64,000 nt of DNA from Eledone cirrhosa (GCA_964016885.1 OZ024740.1:82398001-82462000); one strand, 5' to 3'. Counted from the stretch's first letter, positions 39,553 through 53,935 are shown. Notes: generated by a model not told the origin, from the letters alone. Numbers and translations: made by a program.

Positions 39553-40188
39553 TCCTTGAATCACAGTCATTGATGTTGGTTAACTGGAAAGTCCGTTGGA
39601 TTGAATATCAAGCCACTACCTGCAGCCTCAAATATTCAGGACGTATCGGAGAGTTCTTGCTGTTCCAAGCAAGCATGCCTTTTGAAGCGTTCCAAAAAGC
39701 GTGAAGGGGCCGATTTTCTTTAACCATCCCTGGAAACTTTTGGAGATAGTCCCCAGTGCGCCTATGACAATCGGGATCACTTTGACTTCATGGCAGTTCC
39801 AAATCCTTTTCACCTCCCACCTTAGGTCCTGGTATCGGTTAATTTTCTCCCTCTCCTTCTCTTGCACTCTCGTGTCGAACGGGCAGGCCACATCCACAAT
39901 CAGGCACGATCTTTTTTCTTTGTCCACAACCACCAGGTCAGGTCTATTGTGTTCCAGTTTTTTGTCCGTCTGTATCCTAAAATCCCACAGCACCTTCACC
40001 TGATTGTTCTCCATCACCGCCTCTGGCCTATGCTCATACCATTTCTCAGAATGTGGTAAATTGTTTACTTTGCACAGGTGCCAGTGGATCACCCTGCCCA
40101 TCACATCGTGTCTCCAGCCCTTATAGTGGGTCTGGGCTAGGTGTTTACACTCGGACACAAAGTGAGCCACAGTCTCCTCTCTCTCTTC
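39553..40188 (-). mobile_element. R4/Dong-like 3' fragment with open restriction-like endonuclease frame
   Basis: [47 protein letters not shown]. (ATT)n lies on both sides. Confidence 0.9.
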
Positions 40189-40244
<56 letters not shown>

Positions 40245-40267
40245 TTATTATTATTATCATCATTTAT

Positions 40268-40362
<95 letters not shown>

Positions 40363-40363
40363 G

Positions 40364-40412
<49 letters not shown>

Positions 40413-40504
40413 GTATATATATATATGTATATATGTATATGTATATATATATATTTATATATATATATTTATATATATACATATATATAGATATATATAT
40501 ATAA

Positions 40505-41045
40505 CTTTGATAATTTTGATAGGTTTCAGTCAGTATTGCCCCAGGCCATGTCTTAATAGCACCACCTGGCGAAGTCTTACAAATCAGTGTTTGGGTACCA
40601 TGGCCCACTCGAGCAGAGAGTTTTTGTTTACGGAGGCATATCCTGGATTTCTTGAAGGAATTTTTCCAAAGACTTCTTGAACGTGATGGGGTCTGTCTCT
40701 GTTTTGATGTGTCTTGGTGTAATGTTAAAGGGTGCAGGGCCAATTGAGGTGAAATAATTGTGCAGTATTGTTGTTATGTGATGCTAGTGAGATTTTTGTC
40801 GAGGGCGGATAGCACGGGGCCGAAGCCGTGGGTGTACACTAAAGGTGATGCCAACATCATTTGGGCAAAACTGATGGAATATTTTCCACATCATACAGAT
40901 AATGTAGCGCTCACAGCGACGTAGGAGAGAATAAAGTTTGAGCGTTTCTAATCGACTCCAATAGTCAAGGCCTGTCATGCCATCTATCTTTTTTGTAATT
41001 GACGTTTGGGGTGCTTCAACTTTCCCAATACTTTGTTTCCTGTGG
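40505..41045 (-). mobile_element. CR1-group LINE 3' fragment
   Basis: LDYWSRLETLKLYSLLRRCERYII..WKI resembles the post-RT motif of CR1-group ORF2. Confidence 0.7.
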
Positions 41046-43339
41046 GAATATAAACATTCTATGTTCTCTCTCTTACAAAATACTAATTACTATGAAAGAG
41101 TAAAAAAATTACCAGCAATCAAAAATAATGACCAGATTAAACACACTGATTTATCGATACAAGGAAGACCTAACTAAAAAGGAACGCGATTATTTAACAC
41201 AATTTGGATACACAACCAGCAACCTTTACGGACTTCCGAAGATCCATAAGTGTAAAATAATTAACGCTGCCTGTAAACAATCCACCTCAGCCTGCGTGAA
41301 CACACAATACCCCACATACCTTAAATTAAGACTAATTGTAGCGGGCCCACAATGTGAAACACACAGACTGAGCAACTTTATAGACATACTAATGAAACCA
41401 ATTCTCAAACACATACTAAGCCTTGTAAGAGACGACATGGACCTCTTAAACCACCTCCCCAAACATGTCAACAACGACACTATTATTGTGTCTTTCGATG
41501 CAGTGAATCTCGACACAACGATCCCACACCAATACGGACTAGAAGCAATAGGATTCGGCCTAGAGAAATATCCCAATGAGATACCTGACAGAATAGAAAA
41601 AAGCTTCATCACCGAGGGATTAAAATTCATCTTACAGAAAAACTTTTTTGATTTCGATGGCAATACTTACAAGCAAATATCGGGGACTGCGATGGGTACA
41701 AAAGCCGCTCCAACTTATGCCAACTTAGCCATGGCATACTTCGAAGTCCAGATATATGAACAGTCCAAATCAAAATACGGATTGAACTTCCACAAATATT
41801 TATCAGAGAATTGGAAGCGCTACTTGGATGATTGTCTCATTCTTTGGTCCCACACACTCGACCAACTGAAGGATTTAAAAAACTTAATAAACGGCATCAA
41901 TAACCACATCCAATTCACAATGGAATACAGCCAAGATCAACTCCCATTTCTGGACATCTTAATCTTAAAAAAGACACAAATATTGAAACTGACATACACT
42001 ACAAACCAACAGATTCCAAACACTACCTGCTATTCACCTCCAATCATCAAAAGCACACGAAGACGAACATTCTTTTTAACCTAGCAAGAAGAATTTGCAC
42101 AATTGTCTCCAATTATGAAACGCGAAATAAAAGACTTCAAGAATTAAAGGAAATTCTACTCGAGAGAGAGTACCCACTATTACTAATAAATAATGGAATA
42201 GAAAGGTCTAAAGCAATAGGCATTGATGAATTACGGAAACAGAAACAATTTCAAGGTACGTCCAATATTCTATCATATATCTCAACACACAACCCAAGAA
42301 ATGCGGAAGCTTACAACACTATTCACAAGAACATCCCACTAGTAAAACAAAACCCAAGAATGAAAAAAGCCCTTGAAACACACAAAATAATCAAAAGCAA
42401 AAGACAACCAAAATCACTGAAAACATTACTCACCAATGCCAAATTACCTACCACAAACCCACAACCAAGTATCAACAAATGTGGTCGCTCTAATTGTGGA
42501 ACCTGCACTCACCTCATTGAAGGCAACACGTATACATTTAAATCAGGACAAAATTTTACTGTAAAAAGTCACTTCACTTGCTCATCAAATAATATAATTT
42601 ATGCCATTAAATGTAAAGGATGCAATGAAGATGATATAGGACACACTAAACTCACACTCAGAAACAGAATGACAGATCATCGCCAACAATTACGAGATCC
42701 AACCACGAGACAGATACCACTAAGTGCACATCTAGACATTTGCGCAAGTAATAAGACACCCAAATTCCAAGTCTTCCCATTTTACCTTTGCGCTAACAAT
42801 ACAACAGAACAAATGCGAATAAATAAGGAAAATATGTTTATTCAAAAGGATAGACCAGCATTAAATATGGTTTAATATACATTATGTCAACACCATAATA
42901 TGATATACACACACACACATAACACCTTCTACTTTAGAAAATAAAAACCCCAACTAAATAAACCTTAACATACGTTTGCACTGACAATACAACAGAACAA
43001 ATACGAATAAGTAAGGAAAATATGTTGATTCAAAAATATTCCTACTAAAGGAATCATTTTCCTACACACACACACACACACAATATATATATATATATAT
43101 ATATCCTCTTCATCTTAACATGCTAACCATACTCCCACACACATAACAACCCCCACACCCACAACTCCCTCCCCCATTTCTACTAATAGAACCACTTTTC
43201 TACACATATATAAACACACACAAAATATATATTCTCTCCATCTTAACATACTCGCACACACACAAATAACACGCGTATACACACACACAACTCCCTCCCC
43301 CATTTCTACCAATAGAATCATCTTCCAATACACACATAC

Positions 43340-43653
43340 ACGCACAAGCACACAAATAAACATACATTTCTTTACTTCAATAGAAAATCTGAACTCTGAC
43401 ACCCCAGCAAACTAACCATATTCACTGAACCAGAACAATTCTCCCATCCCATTTCTCTTGACCACTATCTTTTACTTGTCATAACATTCTCTATAAAGGC
43501 TACAGAATAGATTTCCAAAATAAGGTCGCGGAAATGTAATGAAAACTTGTTCACGTGACAGCCAAATTTCATTTATAACCAATCAAATCACGTTTATTAA
43601 AAAAAAGCCGTCGTGAGCCACCCCTTTTTTTTTAATAAAAAGAAATTCAAACA

Positions 43654-43742
<89 letters not shown>

Positions 43743-44040
43743 GCACACAAATAAACATACATATCTTTACTTTCTTTATTCAATAGAAAATCTGAATTCT
43801 GACACCTCAGCGAACTAACCATATTCACTGAACCAGAACAATTCTCCCATCCCATTTCTCTTGACCATTATCTTTTACTTATCATAAAATTCTCTAAAAA
43901 GGCTACAGAATGGATTTCCAAATAAGGGCGCAACAATTTAATGAAAACTTGTTCACGTGACAGCCATAATTTCATTTATAACCAATCAAAAAAAGCCTTC
44001 GTGAGCCCCATTTTTCAAGTAAAAAGAAATTCAAACACTG
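43340..44040 (+). repeat. About 300-bp direct duplication separated by (CA)n
   Basis: CAAGCACACAAATAAACATACAT..AAAAGAAATTCAAACACT occurs at about 43344-43655 and 43740-44039. Confidence 0.8.
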
Positions 44041-44253
44041 ATATATGAAAAAACAACCTGTGACAACCCCCCCTCTTATTTGAAGAACTATTGTAACGCG
44101 AACTGGCGCGAAATTTATTATAATTATTGACCAACCAATCAAATTACTTCTCGGAAAACCTGGCATTTCGAGCCACTTTTTCCATATAAAACAAGTAACA
44201 ATCAGAGACCAACCAGATGTGAAAAAAACCACAGACCCTCCATCTCAACTCTA

Positions 44254-44286
44254 CTTTTGAAAAGCAGAACTGTGAAACCGGTAAAG
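44254..44286 (+). ncRNA. Minimal hammerhead ribozyme, U3-A8 variant
   Basis: CTT-TTGAAAA-GCAG-AA-CTGT-GAAA-CCGG-TA-AAG. Helix III is the palindrome ACCGGT. Confidence 0.7.
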
Positions 44287-44424
44287 GAACCAAATAAATA
44301 TATATATATTTTTTTTAAATAAAACTCCAGTTGCATTTTCGATTTCATCTCTTTTTCTTTATACTTTCACTCGTGTAGGACAGCTCGGTTATTTTTCATT
44401 TTGTAAAAAAAACCTAACTTTCTA

Positions 44425-44455
<31 letters not shown>

Positions 44456-44486
44456 AAGAATCAAAGAACTGTTCAAAACATTATTG

Positions 44487-44533
44487 TGCTTACAGCTGTT
44501 TCCTCCAAACCGAGGTTTGGATTCTTCGGAGCA
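44487..44533 (-). ncRNA. Hammerhead motif (C4 variant), left arm
   Basis: Inverted copy of 49450-49496. Confidence 0.7.
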
Positions 44534-45959
44534 ATTTATTAATGCATGGACAGTTATATGACCTCCTTTTCAGCCGAGAGACATACCAATACATATTCAA
44601 ACATTGATACATATTCAAACATTGTGGGTCAACATTCATTATAAAATTTAGAGTGGCAGTACACACTTCGAGATTACATTTATATTAATAGGTACAATCA
44701 AAAATCAAAGATATAGGTTAAAGTACAACATGAAGATAAGTGGTTATATAGTGCAAATGTTATATGTGTGGCACGCATGTGCGTCTTGTTTATATAGTGT
44801 GGCAGAGAGATATGTGTGGTAGAGGCACTTAGGTAGGTAAATAAGAGTGTTAGGTTGGTAGATCTGGTGGCAAAGTCTTTATATGATTGATGTAGTCTGT
44901 GTGTGGAGAAATATTATAAGCATTAAAGATAGTGCAAGCATTAAAAGTGTTATAAGTATTGGAGATGCACAACGCAGGGATGTCAAGTAATTCATGTACT
45001 TCGGCATTTTCATGGTCAAGGGAGTGTATATTTCGATTATATGCCTTTCACATAATCCACGACAATCCAGTTAGAGATCGTAGTCTGGTGTTCTTTAGTT
45101 CGATACAGGAGGTTGTTACGTTTCGAGAGACGCCATTGAATACCGGAAGTGTGTGTGTGGCTAAGGGGAGTTAATGCATGCGGGGAGGTAACTCTGGGGT
45201 TTCTATATCTAGCCATTAAAATGTGTCCCAATATGGACCCTAAATTCTATGGTGAGGTGCACCTTCCAAGAGAGACTTTTAAAGCATAAAGTGTACTAAC
45301 TATAGAGTAGTTTAACTAAATTATGCTGAAGGTGATCATATTATTATTAAGGTGGATTAACCCATCTTAAGGTGCTACAAATGGAAATTATAGATGATGA
45401 GCGAGGATTCTAAATTAATGATCTCTGTGGTTGTAGTCTGCTCATATGACCAGGCGCGGTGATTGCAGGATTGCTTCAGGACCCAATGATCTCTGGTAAG
45501 ATCTGGGTCATCGCTTGCTACATTGGATGTCGAAAGATAATCGTCCCCAGGCAGGCCAAAGGTCAATCCGCAGTCCTCGCGACCCCTCACTGACCGTCAG
45601 ATCATCCATATACGTACAACCCGCACGGCAGTTGCATTGCATTCACTCACTGCGCTCAGCAGCCCGGTCCTACTGGTCAACAGCGCTACTCGATTAAATC
45701 ATTTTACATCTGTCTAAGGAAGGTGTTTCCTCTGCCCAACACCATCCAACCGATCAATTCATGCTCAAATTACCCTTAGAGCGGTGTAGTGCCGTCCAGG
45801 TGGGTGGATGTTGTCACACCTGCCGTAGAGGTATAAATGGGTATTTTCCCTGTGAAGGGTTCCAGAGGGATGTCGTTGTTTGTGTTATAATGGATCAGCT
45901 AGTGTTGGGTATGTAGTATAGGGTGTGTCTCTGGTGTTTGATGCTAGATGTGGTGTTAG

Positions 45960-48007
45960 ATTATATTACTTATAGAAAGTTTATATATAATGAACTACAT
46001 AAAAGCTACAAAAAAACCACCTTGAAAAACTTAGAATATATTAATGTAGAGGGTTATAATATAGTGTCTAAACTAGGACTACAGAGGCATACACAACCTT
46101 TCACTCCGAACCCCCCTAGATTCTCTCTGAAGGACCATAAGGAGAACTTCATCAGCAACCCCACGATAAGACTTATCTGCCCTTCCAAGTCCGACATTGG
46201 TATTATCAGCAAGAAGATTTTGGATAAAATCATCCCACAAATTAAACACAAGATGCACCTTAAACAATGGGGAAATACGGGTGAAGTAATTGAATGGTTT
46301 AAGGATATCAAGAATAATAAGAACAAAAAATTTATTCAATTTGATATCAATTCATACTACACCTCTATTTCCCCTATCCTATTAAATAAGGCACTTATCA
46401 TGGCCATGACCAATAGCGACCTGACTAGAGCCCAGGTTGATGTCATCCTTGCGGCCCGTAAAACCATAATCACCTTCGAGGACCAACTATGGACACGCAA
46501 GGATACGCACAACAGCTTCGACATAACCATGGGATCTAGTGACTCGGCGCAGGTCACTGATTTGGTCGGCCTATACCTCCTCAATGAAATCCATAAAGAC
46601 CTCCCTTACCTCAACGGTGGTTTGTACCGCGATGATGCACTTCTACTCATAGAATATAAAAAATTTAATATAGAAAGAACTAGAAAACAACTGCATAAGA
46701 CATTCAAAAACTTTAACCTTAGTATCACCATGGACAAAAACACTAAAAATGTTAACTTCCTAGACGCCACACTATACCTAGACTCAAAAATATATACACC
46801 TTTCCATAAGCCTAATGAGAAACTTATTTACGTAGATACCAAGTCTAATCACCCTAGATCAATATTAAACTCTATCTCTAAGGGGGTGTCCAATAGAATC
46901 TCTAGTCTGTCCTATGACGCAAACACATTTAGCAAAAACTCACAATATTACAATCAAGCACTAGCTAGCTCCGGCCATAATATAGAAATAGAGTTCCTAC
47001 CTAAGAAAACACATAGCTACAACATCATCTCGCACAACATGTCCATGAGGAAATCTAATAATAGGAATAGCAACCACAAGTACACCAAAGCGGAGGGTGC
47101 CACCGGAAGTAACCATTACCATGGAAACTACTGTGAGGCCTTAGGAGGAAGCAACACACCAAACACTAAAAGCAAAAATAGAAGAAGAAATAATACATTT
47201 TTCAACCCTCCTTTCAACCTAAATGTCTCCACCAACATACCTAGGGCTTTCTTCTCACTACTAGATAAAAACTTCCCTCTAGGACACAAGTACCACAACC
47301 TCTTAAACAAAAACACCATTAAAATCTCATACTCTACGACGCCTAACTTAGCATACCACATAGCTAGCAGCAATAATAGTAAAATTAGTTCTTACTTCCA
47401 ACAAACAAAATCACAACGGGATGCAAACCCTCTAAATACCACTGTAGCAAGCAACAATAGAAATAACACTAGTATAAGTAATAACACCAGGGTTGTCAAC
47501 CTGAACACCCAAAATCCTATATCCACCACACAGACTTCCGCATTGCATTATAACCAGCGGACTAACGCACAGAATAATTGTAACTGTAGAGCTAATAGAA
47601 CCTGCCCTTTAGATAAAAAATGCCTAACCAAGGATGTCATATACTCATGCACAGTCACGACTAATAACTCTTCAGAAACCTATGTAGGCTCCACTTCTAA
47701 CTGCTTCAAAATTAGATATAACTCGCACATCCACTCGTTCAAAAAGCACAGCCTAGCCAACTCCACCTCACTTTCTAGCTACATACACTATCTAAAATCT
47801 AAAAATAAACCATACACACTCAAATGGGAAGTGATAGGCAGCGCGACCTCGTACAAACCACCTAATAAATTCTGTAACCTCTGTATACTAGAGACACACA
47901 ATATTATCTTCTCCAACCGTAACCTACTCAACAAAAAATCTGAGGTGTTTGCAACTTGCCAGCACCGCCTCAGACATTCCTTCCAAAACTTTAAGCCCTA
48001 TATATAG
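45960..48007 (+). CDS. PLE RT and GIY-YIG endonuclease, uninterrupted but 5'-truncated
   Basis: LKDHKENF..RLICPSKSDIG, FIQFDINSYY, FDITMGS, GGLYRDD, VNFLD, CNCR..CPL..CL..VIY..TYVGST..RYNSH. The first ~12 codons of the called ORF (from 45923) come from the inverted arm. Confidence 0.88.
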
Positions 48008-49449
48008 CAATGTCGGACTGGAACCTAACACCACATCTAGCATCAAACACCAGAGACACACCCTATACTACATACCCAACACTAGCTGATCCATTATAAC
48101 ACAAACAACGACATCCCTCTGGAACCCTTCACAGGGAAAATACCCATTTATACCTCTACGGCAGGTGTGACAACATCCACCCACCTGGACGGCACTACAC
48201 CGCTCTAAGGGTAATTTGAGCATGAATTGATCGGTTGGATGGTGTTGGGCAGAGGAAACACCTTCCTTAGACAGATGTAAAATGATTTAATCGAGTAGCG
48301 CTGTTGACCAGTAGGACCGGGCTGCTGAGCGCAGTGAGTGAATGCAATGCAACTGCCGTGCGGGTTGTACGTATATGGATGATCTGACGGTCAGTGAGGT
48401 GTCGCGAGGACTGCGGATTGACCTTTGGCCTGCCTGGGGACGATTATCTTTCGACATCCAATGTAGCAAGCGATGACCCAGATCTTACCAGAGATCATTG
48501 GGTCCTGAAGCAATCCTGCAATCACCGCGCCTGGTCATATGAGCAGACTACAACCACAGAGATCATTAATTTAGAATCCTCGCTCATCATCTATAATTTC
48601 CATTTGTAGCACCTTAAGATGGGTTAATCCACCTTAATAATAATATGATCACCTTCAGCATAATTTAGTTAAACTACTCTATAGTTAGTACACTTTATGC
48701 TTTAAAAGTCTCTCTTGGAAGGTGCACCTCACCATAGAATTTAGGGTCCATATTGGGACACATTTTAATGGCTAGATATAGAAACCCCAGAGTTACCTCC
48801 CCGCATGCATTAACTCCCCTTAGCCGCACACACACTTCCGGTATTCAATGGCGTCTCTCGAAACGTAACAACCTCCTGTATCGAACTAAAGAACACCAGA
48901 CTACGATCTCTAACTGGATTGTCGTGGATTATGTGAAAGGCATATAATCGAAATATACACTCCCTTGACCATGAAAATGCCGAAGTACATGAATTACTTG
49001 ACATCCCTGCGTTGTGCATCTCCAATACTTATAACACTTTTAATGCTTGCACTATCTTTAATGCTTATAATATTTCTCCACACACAGACTACATCAATCA
49101 TTAAAGACTTTGCCACCAGATCTACCAACCTAACACTCTTATTTACCTACCTAAGTGCCTCTACCACACATATCTCTCTGCCACACTATATAAACAAGAC
49201 GCACATGCGTGCCACACATATAACATTTGCACTATATAACCACTTATCTTCATGTTGTACTTTAACCTATATCTTTGATTTTTGATTGTACCTATTAATA
49301 TAAATGTAATCTCGAAGTGTGTACTGCCACTCTAAATTTTATAATGAATGTTGACCCACAATGTTTGAATATGTATCAATGTTTGAATATGTATTGGTAT
49401 GTCTCTCGGCTGAAAAGGAGGTCATATAACTGTCCATGCATTAATAAAT

Positions 49450-49496
49450 TGCTCCGAAGAATCCAAACCTCGGTTTGGAGGAAACAGCTGTAAGCA
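49450..49496 (+). ncRNA. Hammerhead motif (C4 variant), right arm
   Basis: TGCT-CCGAAGA-A-TCCAAACC-TC-GGTTTGGA-G-GAAA-CAGCTG-TA-AGCA. Helix III is palindromic. Confidence 0.72.
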
Positions 49497-49697
49497 CAAT
49501 AATGTTTTGAACAGTTCTTTGATTCTTATATTTCATATAACTGCTCTGTAAATCATCTGATGTTTTTACATTGAGCTACTCAACTTACTGGTAATAAGGT
49601 AGTAATACATTACTGCCTACCACTATTTAGGGTGTGTGTAAAATACTTACAACTGCTTAAGGTTTTGTGTTTACATAACCATAAATAGTATAACTAA

Positions 49698-49792
<95 letters not shown>

Positions 49793-49864
49793 TATATACA
49801 TATATATATGTATATATATATATATATATATGTGTATACATATATATGTATATATAAATGTATA

Positions 49865-52075
49865 TATTGTTATACTTGGGAAGGGTCATATTTGCGTAAT
49901 ATTGACAGAATTAATAACAGAACACACTCACTGTTTGGTTGGTTTTCGCTTCTCGCTGTCTTTTATATCTGCGATCTAACTTACTTTGGTTGGTTTTCGC
50001 TTCTCGCTGTCTTTTATATCGGTAATCTAATTTATTCGGTCCTCAATGTTGCCATTGACTGACCGACGGTCAAAAATAATACAGATACAATATAGACACA
50101 AACACATATATATATAGTTTACATAATTTACATAAATCTTTCGTTGCACATCTGCAACATCGTCAGTGGGGTTATATTCTTTGTTCCTCCTGTTGTGTTG
50201 TATGTCTACGCCATTTTTTTTATTCAGTCTGTATATATATTTATTTATTTATTTGCTTGTTTGTTTATCTTATTTTATTTTGTCTTCTTTGCGCATGCGT
50301 TTGCGTGTGTGTATAGTGTTATGTGTGCTGTGTGACTAGTGTGTATAGTGTTGTGTCTGCTGGGTGACTAGTGTGTGTTTATGTGCTTATTGTTATTGTG
50401 CTTGTGTATGTATTCATTTATCTTATTTTATTTTATTTTATTTACTTATTTATACTTCTCTTAGGTCAGTGTTGTTTGTTTGGGTGTTGTTGTTGTTCCA
50501 CTCATTCTTTCTGTTTAGCCTTGGTCTTCTAATTTCTATTTCACTGGCCTCTCTGATTTGCCTATCTGCTGGGTCATTCCTATGTTTAGATATTATTCTA
50601 ATGTCTATGTTGTCTATGTTACCGTCATGTTGTTGTCTAGCATGTTCGTATAGTACTGACCCGTTTCTTCGTCCTTTTAGTTCCCCCCAGTGTTGGTCTA
50701 TCCTTTCACCTATGCTACGAGCTGTCACACCTATGTATGTTGTTGTCATGTTTCTGCAAGTACCCTCTGTACATCTTATGCTATAGACTACGTTTCTAGT
50801 TTTACAGTTTATCCGGGGGTTCACATTACATATGATACATTTCCTATTGGTACAGTGGGTTTTCTTAAAAGTGTAGGTTTTACTGATCAGGGATTTTATG
50901 GTGGTTCCTGGCTTTTCTACCACCTTTATTTTTAAGTGGGTCTTTCTCAGGGCCTTTCTACACTGGTTAGCTAATTTCCCTCCAGGGGCGGCGTCCACAA
51001 ACATGACACTCTGATATCTCTGGTTGTCGTACCATGATGTGGCCTTCCCTATCTTATCTCTAGCCCTATCTAAGCTATTCCATGATTTGCTCCTGTATAG
51101 TGGGCAAATTCCTTTCATGTCCAGTTCTATGAGGGTCTTATACTTTTCCATGGCTCCTTCGTATACTCTGACTCTGTCTCTTTGGTTGTAGCCAGAGAAC
51201 TGCATGCGGTTGATGAAGTGTTGGATGTGTCTTTCCATTTCTGTTAGGTCGCACATGTTGGACACATTCTTCATCACTCGTACCAAATCTGCGATCAGAA
51301 TATTAAACTTAGCACTACTGGACATTGCTGAGTTTTTTTAGTATTAGGTATTTGGAGGCCATGGGTTTAGCATAGTGTGAGTGGAGAATTTGGGCTCTCT
51401 CGTCTATAGTGTTAATCCAGAGTTCTGTGTCTAATACAGGTAGTCTAGTGTTAGGGTGTTTGGAAGGGAAGTCGATAGTTACAGTTATACTCTGGTGCAT
51501 GGAATTAGCTATCTGCTGGATGCTTTCCATCGTGCTACGTTCTAAATCAAACTTGTTAGTGCTCTCTAGTGAGGGTGTTCTTATAACTATATTGATATCG
51601 TCTACATAACGAGAGTACATGATGAGGTCTATGGAGCTTTCATTAAGGAGATCTTTAAGTCTCCTTTCCCACCATACCATGAACAGGTTGGCAACATCAT
51701 CAGCTATGCTGACGCCGATGGCTGCTCCCTCATTTTGGGTGTAGATTTTCTCATTGAACTTAAATATGTGGCCCTTTAGGGTAGTTTTGATACTAGCCCC
51801 TATTGCATGTGCGACACTTTTTCTTACCTGATCAGTGTTTTGGGGGGTCCGTATAGCTTTGGTCCACCCAATCCACCTTCCTATGGGAGTCTTTTTAGCC
51901 ATTGAGGTTATGGTGGGAGGTCTACCCCTTATAGGTCTACTAGGGCAGAAACATCTAAGGTCATGGCTGTCTAGCTAGTCAGTGTCGTAGGTAAGTCTAA
52001 GTAGGAGGCCCAGTTCGTCTGTGTCGACGTCACAGAACTCCACCTCACTCTCAATGATCATCTCCACACATCTTT
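49865..52075 (-). mobile_element. PLE of a third lineage (possibly Nematis-like), 5'-truncated
   Basis: QNEGAAIG, YSRYVDD, LPVLDTELW (51315-51902). GIY-YIG NVVYSIRC..YIGVTARSIGERIDQH (50450-51325). Confidence 0.9.
50131..50168 (-). ncRNA. Minimal hammerhead ribozyme with eroded helix I
   Basis: Minus strand reads CA-CTGACGA-T-GTTGCA-GATG-TGCAAC-GAAA-GATT-TA-TG. Confidence 0.72.
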
Positions 52076-52086
52076 TTTATGTATAT

Positions 52087-52200
<114 letters not shown>

Positions 52201-52447
52201 AACTAATATATATGATGAAACACAGATACCAACACATCTGTATATATATTGCAAAAGAAAATTTTGTAAAAGAATTCCTTACACTTAATAATATAACTGC
52301 TCCTAGTCTGAGCTGAAAGCCGCCTCATATATACGACTGTTATTTCTAGCAGTACGGTTATGAGACTAGCCAGAAACTGTTAAACCATGTGCGTCACACA
52401 GTCTTTTAAATTATTTAGAAGTGAAGCATATCAATTTGTCCCTGGAT

Positions 52448-52523
52448 GTTTACTGAGGAGAGGAGGACATGATATTCCTACACTTATTTATCTAGAAACA
52501 TATTTGGATTTTAAGGTTTAAAC
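52448..52523 (+). ncRNA. Hammerhead-like motif, repeat unit 1
   Basis: GTTTA-CTGAGGA-GAG.AGGA..TCCT..CTA-GAAA-C..G-TT-TAAAC. Confidence 0.55.
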
Positions 52524-52960
52524 TTATCTACGGAACAGGTTTGATTTTGAAATTTAAATGTGTCTAAACATCATAGCCTTTTGGCAATGCAGTTCGTCTT
52601 TGTTGATTTATTATTTTAAATCGATATGGACAAACTGTAGTATAATAATTAGTATCTTTCATTCTGGCTAAATTTTCTTTTGCAATATATATACAGATGT
52701 GTTGGTATCTGTGTTTCATCACATATATTAGTTTATACACGGCTCAGGGGTATTTTCCTCCTTCGAGCTAATTCCATTGTAAAAGAATTCCTTACACTTA
52801 ATAATATAACTGCTCCTAGTCTGAGCTGAAAGCCGCCTCATATATACGACTGTTATTTCTAGCAGTACGGTTATGAGACTAGCCAGAAACTGTTAAATCA
52901 TGTGCGTCACACAGTCTTTTAAATTATTTAGAAGTGAAGCATATCAATTTGTCCCTGGAT

Positions 52961-53036
52961 GTTTACTGAGGAGTGCAGGACATGATATTCCTACACTTAT
53001 TTATCTCGAAACATATTTGGATTTTAAGGTTTAAAC
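52961..53036 (+). ncRNA. Hammerhead-like motif, repeat unit 2
   Basis: GTTTA-CTGAGGA-GTGCAGGA..TCCTACAC..CTC-GAAA-C..G-TT-TAAAC. Helix III is weak. Confidence 0.6.
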
Positions 53037-53316
53037 TTATCTACAGAACAGGTTTGATTTTGAAATTTAAATGTGTCTAAACATCATAGCCTTTTGGCAA
53101 TGCAGTTCGTCTTTGTTGATTTATTATTTTAAATCGATATGGACAAACTGTAGTATAATAATTAGTATCTTTCATTCTGGCTAAATTTTCTTTTGCAATA
53201 TATATACAGATGTGTTGATATCTGTGTTTCATCATATATATTAGTTTATACACGGCTCAGTGGTATTTTCCTCCTTCGAGCTAGTTCCATTGTAAAAGAA
53301 TTTCTTACACTTAATA

Positions 53317-53653
<337 letters not shown>

Positions 53654-53705
53654 TATATGTATATATATATGTATATATATATGTATATATATATATTTAT
53701 TTATA

Positions 53706-53754
<49 letters not shown>

Positions 53755-53763
53755 TTATTTATA

Positions 53764-53808
<45 letters not shown>

Positions 53809-53813
53809 TTATA

Positions 53814-53865
<52 letters not shown>

Positions 53866-53884
53866 TATACATATATATATACAT

Positions 53885-53935
<51 letters not shown>

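Larger units (their letters stand above)
41046..44424 (+). mobile_element. Neptune-like PLE, 5'-truncated and frameshifted, long 3' UTR
   Basis: LYGLPKIHK, GTAMGTKAAPTYANL, WKRYLDD (41128-42084). CGRSNCGTC..NIIYAIKC..DIGHT (42360-42875). Ends at (TA)n. Confidence 0.92.
44444..49700 (+). mobile_element. Young PLE (possibly Hydra clade) with 1.5-kb inverted arms
   Basis: 44444-45959 is the near-perfect reverse complement of 48025-49539. The ORF lies between the arms, a tail runs 49540-49700, and (TA)n flanks both ends. Confidence 0.93.

Noticed and set aside
44959-49285. Mirror-image small ORF pairs (e.g. 45037/48753, 45375/48394) resembling a TIR transposon with cargo genes
   Set aside because: They are a by-product of the inverted duplication of a PLE 3' UTR. 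There are no protein motifs and no transposase.
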